A stretch of 41,096 nucleotides of DNA, taken from positions 1-41,096 of the IMG/VR virus record IMGVR_UViG_3300030708_001584; one strand, 5' to 3'. Positions within the stretch are counted from its first letter, which is position 1; each line of letters starts with the position of its first letter. Position numbers and translations under genes: made by a program. Shown in pieces: positions 7,774 to 16,486 of the stretch. This DNA is from a virus. Its lineage: Duplodnaviria > Caudoviricetes. The notes under the pieces were generated by a model. That model made no database searches, was not told the origin of the DNA, and was given only the letters and a program-made list of their open reading frames with translations.

Positions 7774-7777
7774 TTTC

Positions 7778-7845
7778 AAGGTTTTGCACAGTAATAAATT
7801 GAATGGGGGCCAAAACGAACGCATGTGCGTAATTCAATTTTCCTT
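7778..7845 (+). ncRNA. unknown structured ncRNA family, copy 2 (divergent)
   Basis: AAGG/CCTT stem, TTTTGCACAGTAATA insert, AATTGAAT/ATTCAATT stem. Confidence 0.55.
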
Positions 7846-7854
7846 AACTTTCAC

Positions 7855-7935
7855 GCGGTTTTGTATCGAATAAAAACGATAAAGGGTTGGTAGCCAGATA
7901 ATAGGGGTTTTCTTCTTGAACCGAAATCGTTCCGC
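7855..7935 (+). ncRNA. unknown structured ncRNA family, copy 3
   Basis: GCGG/CCGC stem, TTTTGTATCGAATAAA insert, AACGAT/ATCGTT stem. Confidence 0.7.
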
Positions 7936-7945
7936 ATTTTAATTC

Positions 7946-8035
7946 AAACTGGGTTTTGCAGCAAATAAAAACTAGAAAACTTGGCGTCTTTCACTGTTGA
8001 TAGTAGAGTCCTTTCTATGAACTAGTTCCCAGTTT
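7946..8035 (+). ncRNA. unknown structured ncRNA family, copy 4
   Basis: AAACTGGG/CCCAGTTT stem, TTTTGCAGCAAATAAA insert, AACTAG/CTAGTT stem. Confidence 0.7.
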
Positions 8036-8047
8036 ATTAAACATAAA

Positions 8048-8130
8048 GCAGGTATATCCGAGTTGGTCAAAGGAGCCGGAGTTAAGTTCCGGTGCAAAAT
8101 GCTTCGTAGGTTCGAATCCTACTACCTGCA
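8048..8130 (+). tRNA. tRNA-Leu(UAA) with long variable arm
   Basis: Acceptor GCAGGTA/TACCTGC, CCGGA-GTTAAGT-TCCGG anticodon arm, GTAGGTTCGAATCCTAC T-arm. Confidence 0.92.
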
Positions 8131-8140
8131 CTTATATTCT

Positions 8141-8254
8141 ATTACTGGGTTTTGTGCCAATTAAAAACGAAAAAGTGGTTTTTCATCGAGAATTCTTTCA
8201 AGGAGTTCGGGAAGGCAATAAGGGACGTGGGTGTCCAAATTCGTTCCCAGTAAT
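8141..8254 (+). ncRNA. unknown structured ncRNA family, copy 5
   Basis: ATTACTGGG/CCCAGTAAT stem, TTTTGTGCCAATTAAA insert, AACGAA/TTCGTT stem. Confidence 0.7.
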
Positions 8255-8267
8255 TAGAGGTGATTAA

Positions 8268-8393
8268 ATGAAATGTAAAGAATGTAATAATAGAGCAACA
8301 ACGAAATATTTTCATTTTGTTGTTTGTGAAATCATTGCTATTGATTTATGTGATAAGTGTTGTGATGTATATGATAGAATGCAAAAAGTGTAA
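8268..8393 (+). CDS. 41-aa Zn-finger microprotein (MKCKEC...LCDKCC)
   Basis: Manual translation; GAGGTGA RBS. Confidence 0.7.
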   Translation: MKCKECNNRATTKYFHFVVCEIIAIDLCDKCCDVYDRMQKV

Positions 8394-8526
8394 TGATACA
8401 GGAATGCTTCCAATAATAATTATTTCTCCGTTAGGTGAAAAAGAACAAGATGTTATTATTTGTGAGTGTGTTCTTGAGCAAATAGAAAAAGAGTATTTAG
8501 ACAAAGAGGCGACTCTTAATGAATGA
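8371..8526 (+). CDS. Zn-finger microprotein (CKKCNDTG...CEC)
   Basis: ORF track, trimmed to an ATG start. Confidence 0.7.
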   Translation: MIECKKCNDTGMLPIIIISPLGEKEQDVIICECVLEQIEKEYLDKEATLNE

Positions 8527-8668
8527 CTTATATAAGGTAGCCCCTATCCGAAAGTGTAGAAATTGTGGGGCGTTAAAACCTAACTATTTAACAGGTAATT
8601 GTAATGGTTGTCCAAAGTGCATCAGTATGGGTTTTATTTGTTGGTGTAAGTATCAGGTGATAAAATGA
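8519..8668 (+). CDS. 49-aa Cys-rich microprotein (CRNC...CNGCPKC...CWC)
   Basis: Manual translation; overlaps both neighbouring ORFs. Confidence 0.65.
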   Translation: MNDLYKVAPIRKCRNCGALKPNYLTGNCNGCPKCISMGFICWCKYQVIK

Positions 8669-8811
8669 GTGGTAAATGTTTTATTTGTGGAAATTCTATA
8701 TTGAAGGGAGAACAAAGTCACATTTCTTATGAGATGAGAGATGGTGAACTAAAAGCAATTTATTATTGTGATTCATGTTTTATGAGTTCAACAGGAATAG
8801 TGATAAAATGA
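8665..8811 (+). CDS. 48-aa Zn-finger microprotein (CFIC...CDSC)
   Basis: Manual translation; AGGTGA RBS; ATGA coupling. Confidence 0.72.
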   Translation: MSGKCFICGNSILKGEQSHISYEMRDGELKAIYYCDSCFMSSTGIVIK

Positions 8812-8957
8812 ACGCTGATGTATTTAATGCCTTAATTATAGCATACGTTCTCGGAGTCCTCACTCCTATTGTAATACAGTTTTACAGAAACAAGATTCCA
8901 GAAATTAAAGCAGGAATGAAAATAGCAAAGGCTATAAAAAATAAAAATAAGAAGTGA
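8808..8957 (+). CDS. small membrane protein
   Basis: Single hydrophobic helix followed by a basic tail. Confidence 0.65.
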   Translation: MNADVFNALIIAYVLGVLTPIVIQFYRNKIPEIKAGMKIAKAIKNKNKK

Positions 8958-8961
8958 TAAA

Positions 8962-9537
8962 ATGAATATATTTGTTTTAGATATGAGTCCAGAAATTAGT
9001 GCAAAGCATATGGTAGATAAGCATGTAGTTAAAATGCCTACTGAAAGTATGCAAATGTTATCTACTAATTTGAATCATTTTGGTATTGTAAGTCCATATA
9101 AACCAGTAATGTTAAATCATCCTTGCACTATTTGGGCAAGACAAAGTTATGAAAATCATGAGTGGTTATTAGAACATTGTCTAGCATTATGTAAAGAATA
9201 TACTGCTAGGTATGGTAAAACACATGCAGTTGAAAATACCTTTAATCAGTATTGGGATGAACTTCATCAACAAACACTTTATGTTGATTGGCCTACTATT
9301 GGTTTAACTCCATTTGCTATTGCTATGGATGATGTTTATCGTGTAGAACAAAACGAAGAAGAAGATGATTTTTCTTTTGCTATTCGTTCTTATCATAATT
9401 ATTATTGTTATGGTAAAAATCATATTGCTAATTGGAAAATACCAGAACACAGACCTAATTGGTTTGAAAAGAAATATTTTAAAAGAAAGAAAACAACTAA
9501 TGTAAAAAGAATTAGTTGGCCACCGAGGAGAGATTAA
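8962..9537 (+). CDS. pyrimidine-dimer DNA glycosylase (DenV)-like protein
   Basis: MNIFVLD...DKHVVKMP.E..QMLST...NHPCTIWAR...EYTARYGKTH. Confidence 0.7.
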   Translation: MNIFVLDMSPEISAKHMVDKHVVKMPTESMQMLSTNLNHFGIVSPYKPVMLNHPCTIWARQSYENHEWLLEHCLALCKEYTARYGKTHAVENTFNQYWDELHQQTLYVDWPTIGLTPFAIAMDDVYRVEQNEEEDDFSFAIRSYHNYYCYGKNHIANWKIPEHRPNWFEKKYFKRKKTTNVKRISWPPRRD

Positions 9538-9538
9538 A

Positions 9539-10036
9539 ATGAAATTATTAGAAATAGTAGAAGAATATTTGAAAGCAAGAAATATGGATTTTGCTGTATT
9601 GGAAGAACATTCAACAATAGCGTTTGGTTTTGAAGGTATGAGTAAAACTAATTGGCATTGTATTTTTCAAACAAGAGAAGAAGAAGAACAAGTGATGTTT
9701 TATTCTACCTTTGTAGAAAATATTAAACCTAAATATATTCAAAATGTGATTAATTATATTACTGATGAAAACTATCGTTTAGTTGTTGGTAATTTTGAAA
9801 TCGACAGAAGAGATGGCGAAATAAATTATAAAACATCACTAGATTGTAGTAATGTTGAACTGACTCATAGCATACTTGATGGTATTATGTTTAGTAATTT
9901 ATCTACTATGGATAGACACATAGATAATTTCGGTTTATTAAATAAAGGAAAAGAACCTAAATATTTAGAACCGCCGAAAGCAAATGTAAGAATAGATAAT
10001 CCAAATTGGAAAGATAGTTTGGGGGATTTAGAATGA
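9539..10036 (+). CDS. YbjN-like (T3SS chaperone fold) protein
   Basis: NYRLVVGNFEIDRRDGEINYKTS pattern. Confidence 0.7.
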   Translation: MKLLEIVEEYLKARNMDFAVLEEHSTIAFGFEGMSKTNWHCIFQTREEEEQVMFYSTFVENIKPKYIQNVINYITDENYRLVVGNFEIDRRDGEINYKTSLDCSNVELTHSILDGIMFSNLSTMDRHIDNFGLLNKGKEPKYLEPPKANVRIDNPNWKDSLGDLE

Positions 10037-10115
10037 ATGAAGAAGAATACGAAATGTATGAAATGAAAGAACGACGAAAGTTGATGAGCGAAAAATATGC
10101 AAAGGATGTGTAAAA

Positions 10116-10367
10116 ATGAAAGTAATAAGTGAATGGAATGTAAAGAAAACAAGAAAAGAATTTGAATGCGAAACCTGTGGAATGATTATTCCAATAGGTT
10201 CACCTACAAGGAATCAAAAGATTTCTACTGATGATGGTATCATTACAGTTAGACATTGTGATTTTGATTGTGGTAATAAGAAGAAGTCAAACTATAATCG
10301 AATAGTTTATCCTATTCTTACTGGTGTAATTGCATTTGTAGGATACATGATTTGGAGTGGAATGTAA
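10116..10367 (+). CDS. Zn-finger protein with C-terminal transmembrane helix
   Basis: RKEFECETCG..I..G; hydrophobic tail. Confidence 0.7.
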   Translation: MKVISEWNVKKTRKEFECETCGMIIPIGSPTRNQKISTDDGIITVRHCDFDCGNKKKSNYNRIVYPILTGVIAFVGYMIWSGM

Positions 10368-10612
10368 TGAGCGTAACGGTTGAATTTGTTTTGATTGATG
10401 ATATGGAAATGCCTCCGATTGTGATAGCAATGGATAGGCAGAATCAACCAAAAGTAACACTAAATAATTATTATAGAGAATGGCTCGGTATTCATCGGAA
10501 AGTATTCGGTGGAATGGGTGAAGGGCTTTATAACAAGATTGACCAATTAATTGATAATATGCTTCAAGAAGGTTGGGAATATAAACAAATGGATAAGGAG
10601 GATTTTGAATGA
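10367..10612 (+). CDS. hypothetical protein
   Basis: ORF track; TAATG coupling at 10367. Confidence 0.7.
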   Translation: MSVTVEFVLIDDMEMPPIVIAMDRQNQPKVTLNNYYREWLGIHRKVFGGMGEGLYNKIDQLIDNMLQEGWEYKQMDKEDFE

Positions 10613-10691
10613 ATAAGAAAATAAATATGGAAGAACATGTAGAATGGATTCTAGCAATTACAAACTGTGCTGAAAAGATGGGGTTGATTGA

Positions 10692-10892
10692 ATGAATATG
10701 GTTAAAAAGTTTGTTCAGAATCAAAAAATTAAGAATTGTAATCATGCATTATCTACATATGTGGATAAACATCAAGTAATAAAAGAAAATACCATAGAAG
10801 AAACACATATATTTACTTGTCCTGAATGTGGTGGTAAAGGGACACAATTACACGTAATTGAAAGATATATAACATGGGAGCGTGAAGAATAA
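10692..10892 (+). CDS. small Zn-ribbon protein
   Basis: CNH...CPECG. Confidence 0.7.
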   Translation: MNMVKKFVQNQKIKNCNHALSTYVDKHQVIKENTIEETHIFTCPECGGKGTQLHVIERYITWEREE

Positions 10893-12064
10893 TGGAAGAA
10901 TTAGTATTACCAAAGAGAGCATTAGGAAATGGAAAATGGGACCGTATGTTAAAGAAGCGTATGGTCGAATTATCCGTAGCAGATAATTATGAAGAAGCAA
11001 AGCATGAATGGGTAGCAACTGGAAGAATCTGGTATATTCCCTTTTTAGGAGATTATGCAGAAGATGGTAATAATTATCTAAATGAGTTTAATGCAGAATC
11101 TAATTGCACTCATCATACAGGAAAGTGTTTATGCGGTCATAGAATTGTTTGGCACTTTGAAATTCATAATACAGAAAATGATAATTATGAGATTGTAGGT
11201 TCAGACCATATTGAATCATATCTAATTATTCGTGAGATTTCTGAAAGAACTGGTCTAAGTGAAGATGAGATTACTGATGAAATGATTGAAGAATGGTTAG
11301 ATACTCGCGTTAAGTCGCTAAAGGCTCAATGGTGGTGGGATAGAAACGGTGAATTGTTTGAAGATATGTTTAATGCAGTTAAAGAAATTGACTTACGTTT
11401 TAATGTAAGAGAAACTGGAACATATTATGATTATGAATTAGCAATGAATCGCCCTAAGACAAAAATTAGAAAGCGTGGAACTGGACAGTTTGGAGATTAT
11501 GATTACAAAATGGCTTCAATTGTTTGGAGATGGAATCATCCTGATAATCCAAAGGCTCAAATCAATACAACAGGTTATCCTAATGACCGTCTTTATCAGG
11601 ATTTAATTATCTTTTATTCTCAAGTGCAGGATTTTAGAGATAGAATGCAAAAAGAAGATGACTTCCTAGAAAAGAGAAGGGAAGAAATTCAAAACGGTAG
11701 AGAACAAACTAGGAGAAATGAGGCAATTCGTGTAGCGAATTCTATGCGTGAAGCAAGAAATGATGATTCTTTTGCAGAAGCGTGTGAGTTCTATGGAATT
11801 GAGCCATTTTCTGAAGAGATTGGTTCTAATGATTGGGAAAGAAGGTTCCTTAGAGATGTTAGAACTAGAATAATCGACGGAAAAAATCTTAGTGATAAGC
11901 AGATGGACGTTTTACGCAGGATTTTAACTCCTAATAATGACCCACCAACAGAAAAGCAATTAAATTTCTTGAATCGTTTAGGGTATGATGGTGAACAACC
12001 TAATACAAAAACAGAAGCAAGTAGGCTTATTGATGGTATTATGAAAGAAAGGAGAGGTGAATAG
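10892..12064 (+). CDS. hypothetical protein with a CxCGH.I...VGS Zn motif and C-terminal PTEKQ..L..LG motif
   Basis: 390-aa ORF. Confidence 0.8.
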   Translation: MEELVLPKRALGNGKWDRMLKKRMVELSVADNYEEAKHEWVATGRIWYIPFLGDYAEDGNNYLNEFNAESNCTHHTGKCLCGHRIVWHFEIHNTENDNYEIVGSDHIESYLIIREISERTGLSEDEITDEMIEEWLDTRVKSLKAQWWWDRNGELFEDMFNAVKEIDLRFNVRETGTYYDYELAMNRPKTKIRKRGTGQFGDYDYKMASIVWRWNHPDNPKAQINTTGYPNDRLYQDLIIFYSQVQDFRDRMQKEDDFLEKRREEIQNGREQTRRNEAIRVANSMREARNDDSFAEACEFYGIEPFSEEIGSNDWERRFLRDVRTRIIDGKNLSDKQMDVLRRILTPNNDPPTEKQLNFLNRLGYDGEQPNTKTEASRLIDGIMKERRGE

Positions 12065-12066
12065 TA

Positions 12067-12279
12067 ATGACTGATATAACACATATAGAACTATCATCAA
12101 CTAGATATGATGAAATAAAGGAAGCGATGTTTATGCAACATGTAGAAATAAATAATTTAAGGGCGTTAGTGCGCCATTATGAAAAAACAATAAATATTCT
12201 CACAGGTCGGCTTATGGAGCAAGGGGAAGTTCTTATAGACCCCGACGATGTGGGAAAAGTAACAACGGAGAGTGAATAA
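12067..12279 (+). CDS. small coiled-coil protein
   Basis: ORF track; GAGGTGA RBS. Confidence 0.7.
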   Translation: MTDITHIELSSTRYDEIKEAMFMQHVEINNLRALVRHYEKTINILTGRLMEQGEVLIDPDDVGKVTTESE

Positions 12280-12280
12280 A

Positions 12281-12484
12281 ATGAGATTGAGAATATTAAA
12301 TGAAACTGGACATACTGTATTAGAAGTGAATGCTGAAGAAATTGTGGAGTATATTGATGACCATCCCGCCCATTGGGTGTTTGTAGATGGTGAAATCGTA
12401 TCGAGAGAAGATATACGTCAAATTGATTGGACTCAAATTGAGTCAGTAGATTTAACACCCGCAATTGTCGGCGGTATTAACTAA
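12281..12484 (+). CDS. ubiquitin-like (ThiS/MoaD/SAMP beta-grasp) protein ending VGG-IN
   Basis: MRLRIL...VFVDGE...VDLTPAIVGG pattern. Confidence 0.75.
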   Translation: MRLRILNETGHTVLEVNAEEIVEYIDDHPAHWVFVDGEIVSREDIRQIDWTQIESVDLTPAIVGGIN

Positions 12485-12554
12485 ATTGGGTAAATTGGAG
12501 GGGTAATCCCTACCCCTCCTTTTATCCTCTTTTTCAACCACAAGAGGCGTTAGC

Positions 12555-12941
12555 ATGGTTTATGAAAATTTATGTAAAGAGGCTTTAGCCGCATTAATGG
12601 AACATGGGTATGGTTGGATTTTAGATGATATAAAAACCAATACTGAAGGTAATGTTCTATTTGACCCTAATTTTTATCCAGTCGGATATAGATTAGCACA
12701 TTCAACGACACATAAAAGTGTTATAGTAGCAGACGGTAAAACCGTTGTTAAAATTAGAAACAAAATTTTTGAATGCATTGATGAAGCGATTCAAGAATAT
12801 GGTTTAAAAATAATGGAATCATTCAATGATTGGGAATTTATTTCCGATAAAGAATGGATGGTTCTTAAAAGAAATGGTAATTGGCTTACTTGTTTTAGCA
12901 CAATAAGCGAAATACCTGTAAGAAGCACATTGAGGGCTTAA
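12555..12941 (+). CDS. hypothetical protein
   Basis: 128-aa ORF with GAGG RBS. Confidence 0.7.
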   Translation: MVYENLCKEALAALMEHGYGWILDDIKTNTEGNVLFDPNFYPVGYRLAHSTTHKSVIVADGKTVVKIRNKIFECIDEAIQEYGLKIMESFNDWEFISDKEWMVLKRNGNWLTCFSTISEIPVRSTLRA

Positions 12942-12942
12942 C

Positions 12943-14802
12943 ATGAGAAATGACCAAAAGATATTAAGCGATATTACAGTTCATATGAAATACTCTAAAT
13001 ATTTAGATTCAGAAAATCGTAGAGAGAATTGGGATGAAATTTGCGAAAGAAATATGCAAATGCATTTGAAACGATTCCCCGAACAAATACCTGCGATTAA
13101 AGAAATATATGAGAAATTTGTAAAGACAAAGAAAATTTTACCTTCTATGCGTTCTATGCAATTTGCTGGAAAGCCGGTAGAAATTTCTCCCAATAGAATA
13201 TACAATTGTGCATATATGCCTATTGATGATATTATTGCCTTTTCAGAAGGAATGTTTTTACTTCTCGGAGGAACTGGTGTAGGTTTTTCTGTTCAAAAAC
13301 ATCACATTACTTCTCTTCCTGAAATTAGAAAACCTAATTTTGAAAGGCAGAGAAGATATTTAATTGCTGATTCTATTGAAGGATGGGCTGATGCAGTTAA
13401 GATTTTACTAGAATGTTATACTGGTAAAAGGCTATCAACGCCTCAGTTTGATTATTCTGATATTAGACCTAAAGGTTCTTTATTAAAAACTAGTGGTGGT
13501 AAAGCACCGGGTTCTGGACCTTTAAGAGAATGTCTTGTAAAAATAGAAAATATGTTACAAGAAATGCCCGATGGTCACAAAATAAAACCAATTGAAGCAC
13601 ATGATATTATGTGCCATATTGCTGATTCAGTATTAGCAGGTGGTATTCGTAGAGCAGCATTAATTAGTTTATTTAGTGCAGATGATAATGAAATGTTATC
13701 TGCTAAAGTAGGACATTGGTGGGAAAAGAATCCCCAAAGAGGAAGAGCAAATAATTCTGCTGTTCTTTTAAGACATAGAATTGATAATAATTTCTTTTGG
13801 GATTTATGGAAAAGAATTAGAGCATCAGGTTCAGGAGAACCCGGAATTTATTTTTCTAATGATAAAGATTGGGGAACTAATCCTTGTTGTGAAATTGCAT
13901 TAAGACCATTTCAGTTCTGTAATTTAGTAGAAGTAAATGTATCTAATATTGAGGACCAAGAAGATTTGAATAAAAGAGTAATGGCTGCTAGTTATTTAGC
14001 CACGCTTCAAGCATCTTATACTGATTTTCATTATCTTAGAGATATATGGAAGCAAACTACTGAAAAGGATGCTTTACTCGGTGTATCTATGACTGGAATT
14101 GCATCCAATAAAGTAGCATTATTAGATTTGGAACATGCTTCTTATTTAGTAAAGAAAACTAATGCTGAATTAGCAGAAGCAATGGGTATTAATCCAGCAG
14201 CAAGAACAACTTGTATTAAACCTGCTGGAACTACTTCATTAGTATTAGGCACTAGTAGTGGAATACATGCATGGCATTCAGAGTATTATATTCGTAGAAT
14301 TAGAGTGGGTAAGAATGAAGCGATTTATTCTTATCTTAAAAATAACTTTCCAGATTTGGTTGAAGATGAATACTTTAATCCTACTGAACAGGCAGTAATA
14401 TCTATTCCGCAAAAAGCACCCGAAGGTTCTATTCTTAGAAATGAAGAAGTGTTTACTTTACTAGAACGTATTAAGAGATTTTCTATTAGATGGGTTAATC
14501 CGGGACATAAAGATGGATTAAATAGTCATAATGTTTCTGCAACTGTTTCAATAAAAGAAGATGAATGGGATGGTGTTGGAGCATGGATGTGGATGAATAG
14601 ACATTATTACAATGGATTATCTGTTTTACCTTATGATGGTGGAACATATATTCAAGCACCCTTTGAAACTATTAATAAAGAAAAATACGAAGAAATGTGT
14701 GCTAATCTTGGAGATATTAATTTAGATAACGTTATAGAAACTAGTGATGAAACAGATAGACAAGGCGAAATTGCCTGTGCCGGTGGTTATTGCGAGATAT
14801 GA
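12943..14802 (+). CDS. nrdJ: class II (B12-dependent) ribonucleotide reductase
   Basis: PSMRSMQFAG, GGIRRAA, GEPG, TNPCCEI, KPAGT, C-terminal ACAGGYCEI. Confidence 0.95.
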   Translation: MRNDQKILSDITVHMKYSKYLDSENRRENWDEICERNMQMHLKRFPEQIPAIKEIYEKFVKTKKILPSMRSMQFAGKPVEISPNRIYNCAYMPIDDIIAFSEGMFLLLGGTGVGFSVQKHHITSLPEIRKPNFERQRRYLIADSIEGWADAVKILLECYTGKRLSTPQFDYSDIRPKGSLLKTSGGKAPGSGPLRECLVKIENMLQEMPDGHKIKPIEAHDIMCHIADSVLAGGIRRAALISLFSADDNEMLSAKVGHWWEKNPQRGRANNSAVLLRHRIDNNFFWDLWKRIRASGSGEPGIYFSNDKDWGTNPCCEIALRPFQFCNLVEVNVSNIEDQEDLNKRVMAASYLATLQASYTDFHYLRDIWKQTTEKDALLGVSMTGIASNKVALLDLEHASYLVKKTNAELAEAMGINPAARTTCIKPAGTTSLVLGTSSGIHAWHSEYYIRRIRVGKNEAIYSYLKNNFPDLVEDEYFNPTEQAVISIPQKAPEGSILRNEEVFTLLERIKRFSIRWVNPGHKDGLNSHNVSATVSIKEDEWDGVGAWMWMNRHYYNGLSVLPYDGGTYIQAPFETINKEKYEEMCANLGDINLDNVIETSDETDRQGEIACAGGYCEI

Positions 14803-14806
14803 TATT

Positions 14807-15076
14807 ATGATTAGTATCAACGAAGCAATAGAATTGTTGAATTTTATTGATATTGATAATGATACTAAAATAAAAACTATAAAAATGTTAAAACTAACAG
14901 GAACATTACACCCCTTTTGGCGTGTAATAAGAACAACGCATGATGTAAATGATAGCAGAAGTTATCATACCATCATAAAAAATTTACGAGAGATGAAAGA
15001 ATACATCGAAGCAAACGAAGAAGAATATTTTGAAATAAGCAAGCCGATAGATTGGGATTTACAAACCTATCTTTGA
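14807..15076 (+). CDS. hypothetical protein
   Basis: ORF track, trimmed to the first ATG after nrdJ. Confidence 0.6.
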   Translation: MISINEAIELLNFIDIDNDTKIKTIKMLKLTGTLHPFWRVIRTTHDVNDSRSYHTIIKNLREMKEYIEANEEEYFEISKPIDWDLQTYL

Positions 15077-15162
15077 CCGATTTGTTTATATGGGGTTTCG
15101 CGTAATGCGAAATCAATTGAGCAGGTTTCTAATGCTCATTAAAATACATAGGAGATGATAAT

Positions 15163-15327
15163 ATGGCTGATAAAGACCCAGAATACATTGAAACAAGTAG
15201 AGGAAGAATGGCTACTAAATGCCGTATATGCGGCGGTAGTTTGCTTTCACCTACTGAAATAAAGAAAGAAGTTCATAAGCACTGTGATGAAACAAGAACA
15301 GGAAGCACATATTCTATGAGGGGTTAA
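15163..15327 (+). CDS. 54-aa Zn-finger microprotein (CRICGGSL...HKHC)
   Basis: Manual translation; GGAGATGA RBS. Confidence 0.72.
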   Translation: MADKDPEYIETSRGRMATKCRICGGSLLSPTEIKKEVHKHCDETRTGSTYSMRG

Positions 15328-15328
15328 A

Positions 15329-16486
15329 ATGGCAGATTTTGTAGAAGCGTTATTCGATACATTTGATGATTCTAGTAAAAGAATTAGCACTGAATTTGAA
15401 TATACCTTTACTTACGAAGGTAATGTTAAATGGTCTAATCATCGTAATACAATACGTTTTAGAAGAGACGGTGAAAATTTTGATACCTCTTGGCTAACTC
15501 AATTTATGGGTATTCAAAGAGGAAGAACTGTTGATGGTATTCATCAATTTAAGATAGATGATTTTATTTTACATGTTGAGCGAAGAAATAAAACATATTA
15601 TGTTATGGGTTCTTTATTAAATAAATCAGAGACAGTTCTATTGATTACTAGAGTTTTATATAAATCATGCTTTAGTAGGGATTTAACAGAGTTATTAGAA
15701 TATACAATGAAAGCAATTTCATTCCCGACTAATGTAATGTATGCAATAGAAAATAGAGCGCCTTATAAGTTTGTAAAGGATTTAAATTGGGTAGAGTCAA
15801 GATTAAATGTTGAAGCAATTTCTATGACTGAATGTGCTATTGAAATTTCAGATGGTATTTGGGCTAATATATCTATTAAAGACCTAGATACATTTGTTAA
15901 TGCATTTAAAGGGCAAGGTTCAAAACGTTCTAAGAAGTGGAAGAATTGTTCTCCTAAGAAATTATGGAAAACTCTAATGGGTAAAGAACCTAAAGAAACT
16001 GAATTGAATTTGATGGTTGAGTTTTTAGAACAGAATAGAACTCAAGAGATTGTTGAAAAGAGAGCAAGAGAACTAATGGATGAAATGTTAGTAGATTATC
16101 CAGACAGGATTAAAATCATAACAAAGTCAGACAGAACATACATGTTAGTTAAGGGTAAAATAACTGATTGGATTATTACAGATGAAGCATATAAAACACA
16201 AACACAAAAGGTTTCTACTTTCTTATTTAGTAGAGATGAAGATAAAAGAGGAAGACCTTTTGGTGATGGTTATTTATATCCTAAAGGCGGAATATGTATT
16301 GATAATGTAAGCACAACTTCTAGTGTTGGCGACCAATTTGCTGCGAGAGCATTTGCATTACTAAATGATAATATGACTTTACAATTAGTTAGCACCATTA
16401 GACCTTATGTTTATGATAAGAGTAAAGAAGTAATTTCAGATAGATTAGATTGGGATTACGATTATAGTAAGGAGGAATCAGAATGA
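15329..16486 (+). CDS. hypothetical protein; C-terminal domain with a GGICID motif (candidate E2-like or DUF4132 C-terminal-like domain)
   Basis: 385-aa ORF; function inferred only from motif and context. Confidence 0.7.
   Translation: MADFVEALFDTFDDSSKRISTEFEYTFTYEGNVKWSNHRNTIRFRRDGENFDTSWLTQFMGIQRGRTVDGIHQFKIDDFILHVERRNKTYYVMGSLLNKSETVLLITRVLYKSCFSRDLTELLEYTMKAISFPTNVMYAIENRAPYKFVKDLNWVESRLNVEAISMTECAIEISDGIWANISIKDLDTFVNAFKGQGSKRSKKWKNCSPKKLWKTLMGKEPKETELNLMVEFLEQNRTQEIVEKRARELMDEMLVDYPDRIKIITKSDRTYMLVKGKITDWIITDEAYKTQTQKVSTFLFSRDEDKRGRPFGDGYLYPKGGICIDNVSTTSSVGDQFAARAFALLNDNMTLQLVSTIRPYVYDKSKEVISDRLDWDYDYSKEESE

Noticed and set aside
7678-8254. Repeat units as degenerate tRNAs or simple terminators
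   Set aside because: No cloverleaf or T-arm consensus; the U-rich tract is internal to the 5' strand rather than following a hairpin.
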